Source of the DNA: Mytilus californianus
Lineage: Eukaryota
NCBI RefSeq assembly: GCF_021869535.1
Contig: NW_026262637.1
Span: 30,876,001-30,940,000 of the forward strand
DNA length: 64,000 nt
Reading direction: 5' to 3'
Below are positions 43,292-57,580 of this stretch, in pieces. The notes below the pieces were generated by a model, which worked only from the letters and a program-made list of their open reading frames with translations, searched no databases and was not told the DNA's origin. How positions within the stretch are numbered: position 1 is the first letter of the stretch; every line of letters starts with the position of its first letter. Both the position numbers and the translations under genes were made by a program.

Positions 43292-45472
43292 AAAATGCTC
43301 CGCTGGGGCGCAGCTTGATACGACCGCAGAGGTCGAACCCTGAACAGTAGGGGCAAGTATGGACACAACATTCAAGCTTGATACAGCACTGAATTTGGAT
43401 TGTAATTAAATATTTGACACAGAATGAAAGTGGTCTAAGAACTTAAAAATTTTCAATTTACCTATTCATACATGTGATGGACTGTGAAACTCAGATCAGG
43501 AGATTGGGAAATTTTGGTCAGGAGATTAGGACTCAGATCAGGAGGTTTTTAATCGACATTAATTTTGTTGTAAATGTAACCGTGTGCTGTAAAAATGGTC
43601 TTTTAAAGTGTGTTTTCTTCAACTTTCCATCCAATTTATTATGTTTATAGTACCCTTGTACTTATAAAGTTTCTCCATCTTTATATTCTACATGTTCAAT
43701 CTAACATTGTATTTTTCCAGTATGTTCTTTAAATTTTTTACTTCATATTCTATAAAACAATCATTGCAACCAGAACATTTGTTTAGCTATCTGCAAATAG
43801 TTTTTATTTTTTTTTTTTCTCTTGCAAATAGTTTTTATTTGCAAACTCAGAAAATCATTTTATCTGTAAAATTAGGGTCATAGTTATTATATAAATTTCA
43901 ATTTAAGCCTGTAAAGGAAGTCTAGAATCCTCAAATAATTTTCAAATTATTATTTTTTTATTTGTCCTAAGACATTTAAAATCATTTAATAACCATCCTT
44001 TTATAAATATTTGTTCAATTTATATTTTATTTATATTCTTTTAAAAATTTTCATTATTAAAAGGAAAGTAACTTAAAACAGGATAAATCAAGGGAAGTAA
44101 CCCAATAAATACACAGTTTTTGTTACACAACGGCAGTTAGCCTGAGGTAAAAATCGTTGATTACCTGTATGTTTGACACCCAAGCTGACAAGTGAAGCCA
44201 TATAATTATGCATGTTAATTGATTTACAGGTAAAATATAACTTCAGGTAATGTCAGTTACACCAGATGCCTGAGATGATATGTTGGGCAGAAATTTTTCA
44301 TTCATGAAAAATTTCATACACGGGATTTTTTCCTCTTCAACGGGAGGTCGGGAGGAGACCCCTGAAAACGGGATTATTGTACTCCCGTCGGGAGGTTCAC
44401 ATGTATGCCTATTCAAACCATATCATTATTATTTGCTTTTATATATAAATCAGAAATAACCAATTTAAAATGGAAAATGTTAAAGAAAAAAAAGGAAAAA
44501 AAAATCCCCCCCCCAATTTTTTGAACCCCCTTATGATTCATCACCCCCAAACTCAATCCCAGCTTTCCCTTTGTGGTATGGTACCTTGCAGTACAATTTC
44601 AGAGAGATTCATACACTTGAACACAAGTTATTGTCTGAAAACTAGAAAAATGCTTGTTTTTTGGCCCCTTTTTGGCCCAAATTCCTAAACCTTTAGGGCA
44701 ATTACCCCCAAACTCAATTCCAGCTTTCCCTTTGTGATATGGAACCTTGCAGTACAATTTCATAAAGATCCATACACTTACACACAAGTTATTGTCCTGA
44801 AACTAGAAAAATGCATGTTTTTTTTGCCCTTTTATGGCCCCTAATTACTAAAATTTTGAGGGAAAACCCCCAAAATCAATCCCAGCCTTCCCTTTGTGAT
44901 ATGGAACCTTGTAGTACAATTTCATAAAGATCCATACACTTACAAACAAGTTATTGTCATGAAACTAGAAAAATGCTTGTTTTTTGCCCCTTTTTGGCCC
45001 CTAATTCCTAAAATTTGGAGGAAATTACCCCAAAAATCAATCCCAGTATTCCTTTTGTGATATGGAACCTTGTAGTACAATTTCATAAAGATCCATACAC
45101 TTACAAACAAGATATTGTCATGGTCGTATAAAAATGCCTGTTTTTTGCCCCTTTTTGGCCCCCAATTCCTAAAATTTGGAGGCAATTACCCCCAAAATCA
45201 ATCCCAGCATTCCCTTTGTGATATGGAACCTTGTGGTACAATGTCAGACAGATCCATACACTTACACACAAGATATGTCTGGAAGTTACAAAAATGCTTA
45301 TTTTTGGCCCCTTTTGGCCCCTAATTCCTTAACTGTTAGTACCATAACCCCCAAAATCAATCCCCACCTTCCTTTTGTGGTATTGAACCTTATGGTAAAA
45401 TTTCATTGAGATCCATTCACTTAAACTAAAGTTAGAGTGCGAAAACTAATGTGTATTCGGACGACGACGCCG

Positions 45473-45504
<32 letters not shown>

Positions 45505-45556
45505 CAACGTCATACCAATATACGACCACAAAAATTTTTTTGCGGTCGTATAAAAA
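43292..45556 (-). mobile_element. HINE-like family A copy with ~160 bp array, interrupted by a TIR element
   Basis: Family head, array 44530-45420, (GAC)n, hairpin TATACGACCACAAAA...TGCGGTCGTATA. Confidence 0.8.
43467..44407. mobile_element. 941 bp non-autonomous TIR DNA transposon
   Basis: Perfect 11 bp TIR CATACATGTGA; CCTATT duplicated; the empty site ACCTATTCAAACC is visible in the sister copy near 51225-51237. Confidence 0.85.
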
Positions 45557-48500
45557 GTAAAGAAAGGAATAGTGATTGAATTCTACATCACAAGATGCCC
45601 CCTAGTGCATACTGTTTTGGGCAGAATAATTTACTAGATATCTTATATTCTACATGTGTCATTTCAACACTACTAGAAACACTGTGAACTCCATTTTTCT
45701 AAGACTTGCCTTCACAAGTTGACAGGCATTAAACATCAATTGCAAGGGCATTAAATTCAGAAACTTCTTAATCACTTATTCCCAACTGTAGACAAAATTT
45801 CCTCAATAAATTATTTAGAAAATCTGTTGTATAAGTATTAAAATAATTTTATTCTAAAATGTGAAAGCAATGATATAAAACAACCTAATTCCCTGATTTT
45901 TCTTCATACATACTTTCTACTCATGATTTAACAATAAAAAACTCACACAGAAATCTCTTTTCCAATATCTCAAACACACATTCTCTTATATTCAATAATA
46001 ATAATGTAATGTATTTTTTTTTATTATAAACCTAAATTTTCCTTTTGTAAACTTGAATAGATTTATTGTTACATGTCTTACTAGTACTCATATGGTTATA
46101 CAAAGCAAAACATTTAAGACTGATATATAGAAACCAATTTGTTTTGTGCACCTGGATTTTTTATACAGCTTGATCTTGAAGTCAGTGTAAAAAGGTGTAT
46201 AATCCCCCAATATTAAAATATAGTCATATTTCTGTAAGCTCATTAATCTTTGTTCGACTCCTATTTTCTTTGACTGATTAGGGGCAAGGACATCATACAA
46301 TGGAGACCTTACACACTGGTGCCAAATGCACACACCATAGAATCAGCCACATTTGGTACTGAACTGACCATATACATATACATATGCCGGTATCTAAAAT
46401 AGATTAACAAAATGCATGTCTTCCTTTGAATGTGATACCCCAAACAAACTAAATAAAGCTTACTGGATGGTTCACTGGAAATTCAGTCTAGTGATCAATC
46501 ATTATATACAGATAAGAAAAATCATTGACTATAATTAATGATAGATCTTAGAATTCAACAATGCAATGAAGCCACATAATTTCAAAAGATATTTTTCAAA
46601 CTTTACAAAAAAATAGTTGTAAACAAAACTTAATAATATTTGCTTGCCATACAAAGTTACATTTGTAAATGCTTTCAAATAGAATTTATAATTTATAATG
46701 CAAGGTGAATGGTGCTTGCATTATCTCATAACCAGTAGTGCAAAATGAAATTTGCACAATAGTATTTTTTACATACCGTAATAAAGAATGGTAGTAACAG
46801 TAACTTGTAGCCCATGAGGTTGCATTTATAGAGGGATAATAAAGCCAGAAGAACCTATAGGATATAAGTCATTGGGGTTTTATTTCTGTGCCCAACTAAC
46901 ATGTATGCTTCATCCACAAATAAAAATGTAAGACTATATAAAATGAACAGATGTGGTATGATTCTATGATTATTTCATTTAAAAATTATATGTGTGGTCT
47001 GGGTGCAGACATCAACAAATTTTATATAATTTTTAGTGATTTCATTAATTTATAAATCTAAAATCCTCAAAATCTTTAATATAGATACTTTACAGACAGC
47101 CATCTTATGTGCTATTCATTTTGAAGATTGCTTTACACCTTTTTCATGAAAGGGCCTTCATTGGTCAAAAATTAAAAAAACATACTTGACTAGTAATAGA
47201 GACAGCAACCCACCACATTTAACATTACATAAAGATAAATGTTTAATAACTACATTTTTTGTACTTTATTACAATTAGCAATGAGCAATAGCCAAACACC
47301 AAAATATATTGTATAAAGCTCTAGTCCTGATCGAAAGATGATTTTTCTTTTTGAAGAAAACAAAACAACCTTATTATGCACTTAAGATTAAAATATGGAA
47401 CTGATATATAATATAAAATGAAAAGATACATGAAGATCAAAACTGCTGTATAATTCCTGTACATACCAAAATGTATAAAAATGTTGATAACTGTGCATTA
47501 AAAGTCTACATTATTTAGAATAATGAACAATATACAATGTAACAAAGACATAAAGTTTGATTAGGGAAACTTTGATTACACTATATTGTTGTAAGTAGCA
47601 GAATACAGATATTAAGGATGCATATGTATATGGTGGCAACTAAATACAATTTGGATTAGAAAAGCTAAAATCAAATTGCCAACTTTTTAGCACCATTATT
47701 CTAAAACATTAACAGAACATGGATATACATATGTACATATCATCACATTTTATCAGTATATGCTATGTGCAACATTTGTGCTATAGATATTAAAGTATAT
47801 TTTAGGCCAAAAAAAATCAAAGACTTGTTTCCTGCCTCCTGGGACAAAAAATAAAGTTGTTAGGTATTAAAAATTATTTTATATTTTAAAACATATTTTA
47901 CTTAGACTATATAGGGGTAAATTCAGTAAATAAATATACGTCATCAAGGACTGCCCATTTGGGGGAGAGCTTCCTGGATAACACTGAAGTCCTGTGCTCT
48001 TCTGATTGGTAGATAATGTTTGTAATAAATATTCTTGATAAGATGGACCCAAACTGGGTTTAAAAAAAAATAAAAAATTAATGCTGAATGCACTTAATTT
48101 TTTTACTACAGGGTTGAAAAGAAATGGGGTCAGTGTAGGAATTTAGACGATTCTATTGTGTTTTTAAACAAGGCCATGTGAAAGGCCCATAAATGCTGCA
48201 TGATCCTTATATTTTGATTATTGCAAAAGATGGGGCTACATTAATTTTGTACTTTAATGAACATGATGAATGATATATGAAAGCTTGTGATTTTTAAAGG
48301 TAAACCGGGTATAAATCTAATTCAAGAAATAGGTTTGCATTCAAGTCAGTGAGAGATTTTTTTAACTGAATTTACCCCTATAAGGGAAATGTTCTAAACT
48401 TTAAACAGTGCTTAACCCAAAATGTCCATAAAAGTGTCTTAAGTGTTGACATGGAAACTACATATTTATTTGGTGTTACTAATGGCAGTAATTTCATTTT

Positions 48501-49894
48501 TATCAGTATATCTTATGTGCAGCATTAACTTTACAAATACTATGGATTCATTATGATTCATGAGGTGCTTAGTATTATGGAGGTCGTGGCTTTAGGTCAA
48601 AACAAAAATCAAATGATCAACAAGGTATAAATTTCCTACAGTACAGGTTTGTATGCATAATTTGCTAAAACCATAAAAGAAAGAATCCAAGATTTTTTTT
48701 CTCCGCAATCCACAAAATTAGTACCTATAATAATAAATGAATCAACAGTACTCATATATTTTGTATCCAATATCATTTGTTTACAATCATTATAATACAG
48801 TAGATGGGGCTTGTAAAATCTTCTGATCAGTACAAAATTATCTCTAATTTTAAACCCTGATTTTATATATCTAATCTATACAAAATCTGCAAATTTGTTC
48901 ACAATTTCAAGACTCACAACACAATAATCTGAAAACCAAACAGTATTATCATGTTGAAAATGGTTCCCATAATTTCACAACCATAAAATCTAATTAAAAA
49001 GTAAATAAAATCAACAATCATAGCAATTAATATGGTATATTCTACACATCTCTTTTCAAGAATTAACATTAATTCTGCACATAAGTATTGGTATAATGTA
49101 TTCAGAGGCAGCATTGTCTACCTTTTTCACTTTATATAAGAATACTGCAGTACAAAATGTATAAACTAAAATACACATAGAGCTATAATCCATAGACCAC
49201 TATCCAGATAAACAGAAAACCAAAACCTAGTGTGATCTTAGACAAATTCTTTTTACTGAATCTCTTTAACCTGATGAAAATTTTGATAATATGACAGATT
49301 ATCAGATAATGTTGTTTTTATTTAAGAATCAAGATATTATTAGATTATGTGCCAAAACCTTTAATTCTATTCTGAAAAGAGGCAAAGAAGTTTTATATTG
49401 TATTTAATATCACAATTATGCTGTTTATTTTTATCGTTCATGTTTAATTTTTAATGTATATACATGTTGTTTTAGCTGTTATCGTCTCTCAATAATCTGT
49501 ACTGATTGGCTTATGTATAAAACAAAATGTATCTTTAAATGTTGTATAATACATGTATATTTGTATGCATAAGGTGAGATGTAAATAAAATATTAAATTA
49601 AATTGAATTGTCTAAATTCTAACTTTAAAAAAATCATTGTATTAGAAATATATTGCTTCAAATAGAACCAAAATATAGCGCTGTGGACCAGCCTCTAAAT
49701 TTCATACTTAACATTTTGTTAATAATTGGAATGTTAAAACTTCATATTTTTTAATGTAATCTTTACCACTTTTCATGTAAATGGTACTCTTTTTTAGTTA
49801 TTTTTCTCCTTTTTATAAAAACTGGTAAAAATACAAAAATCATTAAAATCAAACCTATAACCAAAGACTTTGTAGAATAGTAACTAAAATTTAT

Positions 49895-50409
49895 CTAATA
49901 TACAGGTACAGACACTAAGTCCAACTGGTGCTGCATCAGTATTTGTACATCAACAACCTTTGAATTTCCATTCTCCTTAGCACCATCAAGTAGATTAACA
50001 TATAACATGTCTGTTTGGAAACCGGTTTCATCATCAGTTTTAAAACAATACATTACGTTATTGCATATAGTTATACCAAATACATATCCTCCAATTTCTT
50101 CATTATTTTTCTTGGTAAAATGTGTATATGTATTTGTTACTTCAAGAGATTTATCGTCAGAGTGTTCCAATACATGAACCAAGTCTCGACTGGCTCTCAC
50201 ATATATTGCATCATTGTAAGTACATGCTCCCAGAAATGCCAGTCCACTTTGTATATCACTAGACATGATTAACTTTGTCCATGTATCTTGCACCGGCGAA
50301 TAACAAAACATTGCACTACTACAGAACAAAGCATATATTTTGTTGTGTAAAACTGTCAAAGCTTTGTGGTACCCATGTGTTGGTGATGGGGCCAATGAAC
50401 ACCACTTGT
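49895..50409 (-). CDS. BTB-BACK-Kelch (KLHL-like) gene, last coding exon 6
   Basis: DKWCSLAP...LHNKIYA...YSPVQDTW kelch repeats; acceptor ttttacag|, phase 1. Confidence 0.85.
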
Positions 50410-51037
50410 CTGTAAAAAATAATAGAGATATCAGACTAAAAATGTTTTTCTAACTTATTGTAATTATAAAGCACAAAATAATTGAAAAGTAACTGAGCAT
50501 GTAAAAAACATTTGCACTGCTGATGAAGAGCAGCAATAAAAACGCTGTTTCTTTGATATTTGGTTTTTTTCTGAGAATTTGAAAATTTTTTGTCCTAAGT
50601 GGATTTATCCTATATTATCTCTTTCCAAGCTTGAGTTTGACAAGTCATTTTATGAAATGCTATGAAGATTTAAAAAAGTCATACCAGTAATATCAATGTA
50701 AAATTTTAAACCTCATAGAATTTATATGACATTGAGTAATAATTTTTGAAAATTTTGGTAAAAGGCTATATCGGTTAACACCTGGATCCATAACTCTGAT
50801 GGACAGATAGTCATTTGCAAACTATATTTATTACATGGAATTATTTTATATATTTATGTCTTGAACGACAGGTTATACAATGTATTTCTGAAATAAGACC
50901 ATGTATGGACTATACTTATTTGCACAGAGTGCTAAATAGCTACTTAAAAAGAAGTTTTAAAATCACTTTTCTTTCTCTAATGTTTCTTAATTAAAGAAAT
51001 CGTTTTTATATTGATGAGTGAGATAGTAACTTTCAAT

Positions 51038-53343
51038 AAAATGCTCCACTGAGCGCAGCTTGATACGACCGCAGAGGTCGAACCCTGAACAGTTGGGGCA
51101 AGTATGGACACAACATTCAAGCTTGATACAGCACTGAATTTGGATTGTGATTAAATATTTGACACAGCATAGGTTTCTGACACAGAATGAATGTGGTTTA
51201 AGAACTTAAAATTTTTTTAATTTACCTATTCAAACCATATCATTATTATTTGCTTTCATATATAAATCAGAAATAACCAATTTAAAATGGAAAATTTTAA
51301 AGGAAAAAAAGGACAAAAAAATCCCCCCCACCCGAAATTTTTTGAACCCCCTTATGATTCATCACCCCCAAACTCAATCCCAGCCTTCCCTTTGTGGTAT
51401 TGTGGTATGGTACCTTGAAGTACAATTTCAGAGAGATCCATACACTTGAACACTAGTTATTGTCTGGAAACTAGAAAAATGCTTGTTTTTTGGCCCCTTT
51501 TTGACCCCAAATTCCTAAACGTTTAGGGCAATTACCCCCAAAATCAAACCCAGCTTTCCCTTTTTGATATGGAACCTTGCAGTACAATTTCATAAAGATC
51601 CATACACTAACACACAAGTTATTTTCCTGAAACTAGAAAAATGCTTGTTTTTTGCCCCTTTTTGGCCCCTTATTCCTAAAATTTTGAGGCAATTATCCCC
51701 AAAATCAATCCCAGCCTTCCCTTTGTGATATAGTACCTTGCAGTACAATTTCAGAGAGATCCATCCACTTGAACACAAGTTATTGTCTGGAATCTAGAAT
51801 AAACAGCTGCGCCATGAGCGCATGATACGCCCGTCGTCTTGTGTGTGAATTTTTATGCAATAAGCATAAATAGTTTCTGACATACGTCGTGACATGCGAA
51901 AACCCCCTTTTTTTTTTTACAAAAAACTCAATATCTCTAAAATAAAATTTTGAATCAAAACCAAAAAGTATACAGATCTTTAGATTAATATAACTAAGAA
52001 GTGTGTAAAATTTTAAGCAATAATCATAAATTGTTTTTGAGATAAGGCGCAACATGTGAAAATCCCCCTTTAAAAAAAAAAAAAATCAATATCTCAAAAA
52101 TAAAATTTTGAATCAAAACCAAAAAGTATACAGGTCTTTAGATTAATATAACTAAGAAGTGTGTAAAATTTGAAGCAATAATCATAAATCGTTTTTGAGA
52201 TACGGCGCGACATGTGAAAAACCCCTCCCCCTTTTTTTACAAAATACTCAATAACTCAAAAATTAAATTTTGAATCATCACCAAAAAGTATACAGATCTT
52301 GAGGTTAATATAACTAAGAAGTGTGTAAAGTTTTAAGCAATAATCATAAACTGTTTTTGAGATACGGCGCGACATGTGAAAAACCCCTCCCCCTTTTTTA
52401 ACAAAATACTCAATATCTCTAAAATAAAATTTTGAATCATCACCAAAAAGTATACAGATCTTAAGATTAATATAACTAAGAAGTGTGTACAGTTTTAAGC
52501 AATAATCATAAATTGTTTTTGAGATACGGCGCGACATGTGAAAAAAAACACACACCTGTTTTAGTTACTAAGTCCCGTAACTCAAAAAGTTTTAATCTTG
52601 TTTTCACCAAAAAGTATACAGATCGTTTGACCATCATAAGAAACAACTATCTTAAGTTTCATGAAATTTGGATAAGTCATTCTCAAGTTACGGTGCGACA
52701 TGTTTACGCCGGACAGACAGACGGACAGACAGACGGAGGGACACCGGACATTTGAATACCATAATACGTCCCGTCAAAAATTGACGGGCGTATAAAAATG
52801 CTTATTTTTGGCCCCTTTTTGGCCCCTTATTCCTAAATGTTTTGGGCAATTACCCCCAAACTCAATTCCAGCATTCCCTTTGTGATATGGAACCTTGTAG
52901 TACAATTTCAGAAAGATCCATACACTTACACACAAGTTATTGTCATGAAACTAGAAAAATGCTTGTTTTTTGCCCCTTTTTTGGCCCCTAATTCCTAAAA
53001 TTTTGAGGCAATTACCCCCAAAATCAATCCCAGCATTCCCTTTGTGATATGGAACCTTGTGGTACAATGTCAGAGAGATCCATACACTAACACACAAGTT
53101 ATGTCTGGAAGTTACCAAAAAGCTTATTTTTGGCCCCTAATTCCTTAACTGTTGGTACCATAACCCCCAAAATAAATCCCAACCTTCCTTTTGTGGTATT
53201 GAACCTTATGGTAAAATTTCATAGAGATCCATTCACTTAAACTTAAGTTAGAGTGCGAAAACCAATGTGTCTTCGGACGACAACGACGACGCCAACGTCA
53301 TACCAATATACGACCGCAAAATTTTTTTGCGGTCATATAAAAA
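51038..53343 (-). mobile_element. HINE-like family A copy in KLHL intron 5, with a nested family C element
   Basis: Near-identical to 43292-45556 outside the insertions. Confidence 0.8.
51801..52798 (-). mobile_element. Nested HINE-like family C element with ~160 bp tandem units
   Basis: ATACGCCCGTC subterminal repeat, terminal hairpin CCCGTCAA-AAA-TTGACGGG, (GACA)n, inserted in an A-run. Confidence 0.75.
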
Positions 53344-53656
53344 GGAGGATTTTATAATGCAAATATTAAGACCAATCATATTCTTAAATTTCACAGGAAA
53401 AGACCAAATTATTCATTTATTAACCAATTCACAGAAGCCATGTCAGGCTGACCAACAAGGTCTTTGAGAATCATTTTGAACAACAGTGCCATCAGTGTCA
53501 TTCAACACAAGTTGGTTAGATATAGTTAGCTATCCCAGGGCTCAGAGGCATATATTTCAATAAAAGTACTAAAATCCAGATTGATGTTTGGATATTGATG
53601 GACACTAGACAATGATAATAGCTGTTATGTGACTTTATTGTAATACTTTAACTTGC

Positions 53657-53887
53657 CTTCATCACAATCATACTTTTCCATAGAATTAAGTTTAACTCTA
53701 AATCGTCCATATCCCCCTATAACATATAGGCAATTATTTATAGCACACGATGCATGGTGTCGCCTCGGACTCTGTAATTCTGTCAACTTTCGCCACTTTT
53801 TCGTGAAGGTATTATAGCAATAAACACCAAGGTTCCATGTATTTTTACCTAACTTTGGTTCTCCACCTGACACTATTATGTCTTGAC
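53657..53887 (-). CDS. KLHL-like exon 5 (kelch repeats), GC donor
   Basis: QDIIVSGG...W..L..L..PRRHHAS......LYVIGG....MEKYD; acceptor ctttacag|, donor GAAG|gcaagt. Confidence 0.88.
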
Positions 53888-54310
53888 CTGTAAAGTACCA
53901 CTTGATTATTTATTTTCATTTTGAACACACTGTAAAACCTAATATCTGTTTAATATTTTTACATTTACAATGCACGATTAGAAAATCATATTATTTGACA
54001 GTAAATGACAACAAAACTTTTTTGTGAATTGCATTTTAAAATTGACATTGATTCTTCAAATGTATTCAAAGGAATGCAATATTTCTCCAATGGTTGAAGT
54101 TTAAATCTTACATGTAAATATTTGAGAATTTAACATTTGAGAGTGAGAAATGTCATGAACCGAGTGGTAGGACTGGTTTCTCTAGTACTGAGCTAAGATG
54201 ATATAAAAGCAAACTTTAGCCTTCCTCTATTGATCTGCTCAAATTTTAAATCGTTATGCATAATAATCTCATTGTCATCTTTTTACTGACTGTCTCAGTG
54301 AAAAACGAGT

Positions 54311-54985
54311 ATGACCTTACCATTAACACAGACACTATACCCACCATGACCTTACCATTAACACAGACACTATACCCACCATGACCTTACCATTAACACA
54401 GACACTATAACCAGCATAAACAGACACTATAACCAGCATAACCTTACCATTATGACCTTACCATTAACACAGACACTATACCAACCATGACCTTACCATT
54501 AACACACACACTATACCAACCATGACCTTACCATTAACACAGACTCTATAACCACTATGACCTTACCATTAACACACACTATACCCACCATGACCTTACC
54601 ATTAACACAGACACTATACCCACCATGACCTTACCATTAACACAGACACTATACCAACCATGACATTACCATTAATACAGACACTATACCCACCATGACC
54701 TTACCATTAACACAGACACTATACCCACCATGACATTACCAGTAACACAGACACTATAACCACCATAACCTTACCATTAACACAGACACTATACCCACCA
54801 TGACATTACCATTAACACAGACACTATAACCACCATAACCTTACCATTAACATTGACACTTTAACCAGCATAACCTTGCCATTACAACGGACACTATAAC
54901 CAGCATAACCTTACCATTAACACAGACACTTTAACCAGCATAACCTTACCATTAACACAGACACTATAACCACCATGACCTTCCA
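54311..54985 (-). repeat. 35 bp minisatellite (about 19 units) derived from the exon 4/intron 4 junction
   Basis: Plus-strand unit ATGACCTTACCATTAACACAGACACTATACCCACC; the terminal unit is the coding end of exon 4. Confidence 0.93.
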
Positions 54986-55151
54986 CATTAGGTAAAACAT
55001 CTTCCATTGTAGTTATAACATTATCTTTCAGTATACCACATTCCTTTGTCATATCAATCTTGTAGATCTCAGGATCAAACCAGAAACTCTGGGAAGATTC
55101 ATCAAATCTCTGTAACCCTACACAAAACAGGTCTTCAGGGACTTGTCGATA
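54950..55151 (-). CDS. KLHL-like exon 4 (YRQVPEDLFCVG...EGHGGYSVCVN)
   Basis: Acceptor atttcag|, donor AATG|gtaagg; phases 0 to 1 fit the neighbours and give GYSVCVNGQDIIVSGG, a kelch-1 motif. Not in the ORF track. Confidence 0.8.
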
Positions 55152-55542
55152 CTGAAATTAGAAACATTAAAAGCCTTTTTTTATATGCTGAAATATTGAA
55201 AATACGAAGTTTGTGTTATAATAATAAAAGGTAACTACAAGTAATTGAGATAAAACTTTTATAATACAATCATTGGTCAATACAATTGTTCTGAATACCA
55301 GAGAGTCATATGATACAACTTAATTTATACACAGTCAAATTGATACTTTGTAACAGAAATCTGGAAAACCATTTCTTAGGCTGGGCCATAATAAAGAACT
55401 GTCTCAAGTCTGTACACACTTGTCATTGAAATAAATCTACATTGTAACTCAACCAGGTATTTGTTTTTCGGGTACATTTTTGTAATATAATTGATTTACA
55501 TATAACAAATAGAAGGAAAAAAAGAGAAACTTAAAATAATAC

Positions 55543-55842
55543 CTTTCTTCTTATTTGATCTTTGTTATTTTCAAGTCTTTGCAAAATGCCATTTTTTGTT
55601 ATGTGAAGATATTTGAATTCTGGCAGCATGTTAAGTTCTATGGAAGGATTAATTATATCTTCAATGTGTATGTATTTCGACAGTTCATTTATATACTGTT
55701 GTCTATTCTCTACATCGGCATCTATCCATCGTTCAAATGCATAATAAACATCTATTTCTGATTGCACGTTCAAGGCTTTCTCCTGTAATAAGCTTCTTAA
55801 TGTTGCAACTTGTATGGAGAGAAAATCCTCAGTCTGACAAAC
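55543..55842 (-). CDS. KLHL-like exon 3 (BACK domain)
   Basis: VCQTEDFL...LNVQSEIDVYYAFERWI BACK motif; exactly 100 codons, phase 0/0. Confidence 0.9.
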
Positions 55843-57040
55843 CTACAAAATGTACATTTAAAATCAGTCATTTCTATATTTCTTTTTATATGACACAAAT
55901 TTAAAGTGCCTGAGACATTAAAATCATATAAAATTTTCAGAATTTTTTTTTAATTTTCTAAAATAACTGTAATCAAATGCCTTTCGTTAGTAAGTGAATA
56001 AATTTTGAATGTCTTTTTTTACAGAAATACTAGTATTACATTTTCCCTTCAAAGCGCATTAATAATATATTGCATATAATGTCAAATTAGTGCATGTAGG
56101 AAAGTAATTTCAATCCGATAAACCACAAGCTTATGGCCCATGCCAGTTAAAATGTATTAAGCCAGTAACAAGATTTGAAAAGAGAAGTTACATAGATTTA
56201 TAGTAATTTTCTGTAAAAAAATATAATTTACAGGCTAGTAAGTAAAATTTTTCTCGTAAAGATTTAAAAAATTTAATTTGACATTTGGTTGAACAATTAA
56301 ATATCAATATTCCCATTTGTTGTGCCACGATTATTTACAGTAACATTTTTAGCATTCATTTCATTCGTATTTCCCGGCGTATATTTTCCGCGAAACTGGG
56401 TAATACTTATTTTCACTTTTGCACACTTGCTTGTTATGCGGAATAATCTTTCATAGTTACAACATAATTACCTTATTCAGAAGTTATTAATGCATCCTAT
56501 TTAATCCATATTTATCCTTTTATAATGTTAGAATTATCCAAAATCATACTTGTCAACTAGGACGTCACTTTGGTTTACTTTCATATTAGTGTACACATGT
56601 ACTATTTTTAGCGTGTATTGAGTGACGTCGTAAAACAAACGTTTTCAGAAAGTATAGGCAGTTTCAAATTATAGCCGCTGGCGAACAGCTGATTTTTAGA
56701 CAGTGACCCAGATTTATTTATTCAGGTATTTTGGCACACACTGCAATTCTATTCACATATATTGTAATTTATTAATAACTATTATTAATGATATTAACTT
56801 TTAATAAAGCTGCTTTTATTTATTTAAACAAATCTTATTCCTTGATTATCCAAAGTTTGGACTTCAAAACAGTTTTATTACTTTGACTTTATAATTGATA
56901 TTTGTATAATATCTGCCAAACATTTACAATAATGATTGGCGTTTCACCATTCAGTGTAATTTTTGATACAATATGATAAATAATTCACTTTAAATTCAAC
57001 ATATAAATGAAATAACACTCTATTGTAACAGTTGACTTAC

Positions 57041-57190
57041 TTTTGTGAAGTAATGCTGCATGTGCCTTTTAGCTAATTTTAGCACACTTTTAAGATGATA
57101 CAAAGTCGAACACTCCAAGGTACTTGGACAGGTATTATGGCACATATTATCTCTTAAAAATTCACAACACAATTCTATGGCACTTGATAT
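57041..57190 (-). CDS. KLHL-like exon 2 (BTB end, BACK start)
   Basis: ISSAIELCCEFLRDNMCHNTC...; acceptor tttacag|, donor AAA|gtaagt; 50 codons. Not in the ORF track. Confidence 0.85.
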
Positions 57191-57580
57191 CTGTAAAAAA
57201 ACATGACCTATAAGTTATAAGGAGCAAAAACAATACATAGATACCAAATAAGGGGTTGAAATAAACTAAAACTTACAGTTGATGCAAAATCTTTATAACA
57301 ATTGTTCTCCAGTTTAAGAACTGCTGATATTTCATTTCACAATTAAAATATTTTTAACTGATGCTTGGTCTCTTGTTTAATATTGTGAAATGTTAATTCA
57401 AAGTGCTGTTTTGAGTAGCCTTATGTCTTACTGGGAATTATTGATTGACTGTGCTTGCTTAACATCCATTACATACAATTTGAAGTTTTATTAAAGATGT
57501 ATTTTATATACATGTTATGTAGTACTACATGTACCTATATTGTCACCACTTGATTTTTTCAAATCAATGAATATGCATAC

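Noticed and set aside
46152-46393. Possible minus-strand exon with in-frame TGA in a CG-stop context (selenoprotein idea)
   Set aside because: No similarity to a selenoprotein family beyond three residues, weak donor, no SECIS seen and no partner exons.
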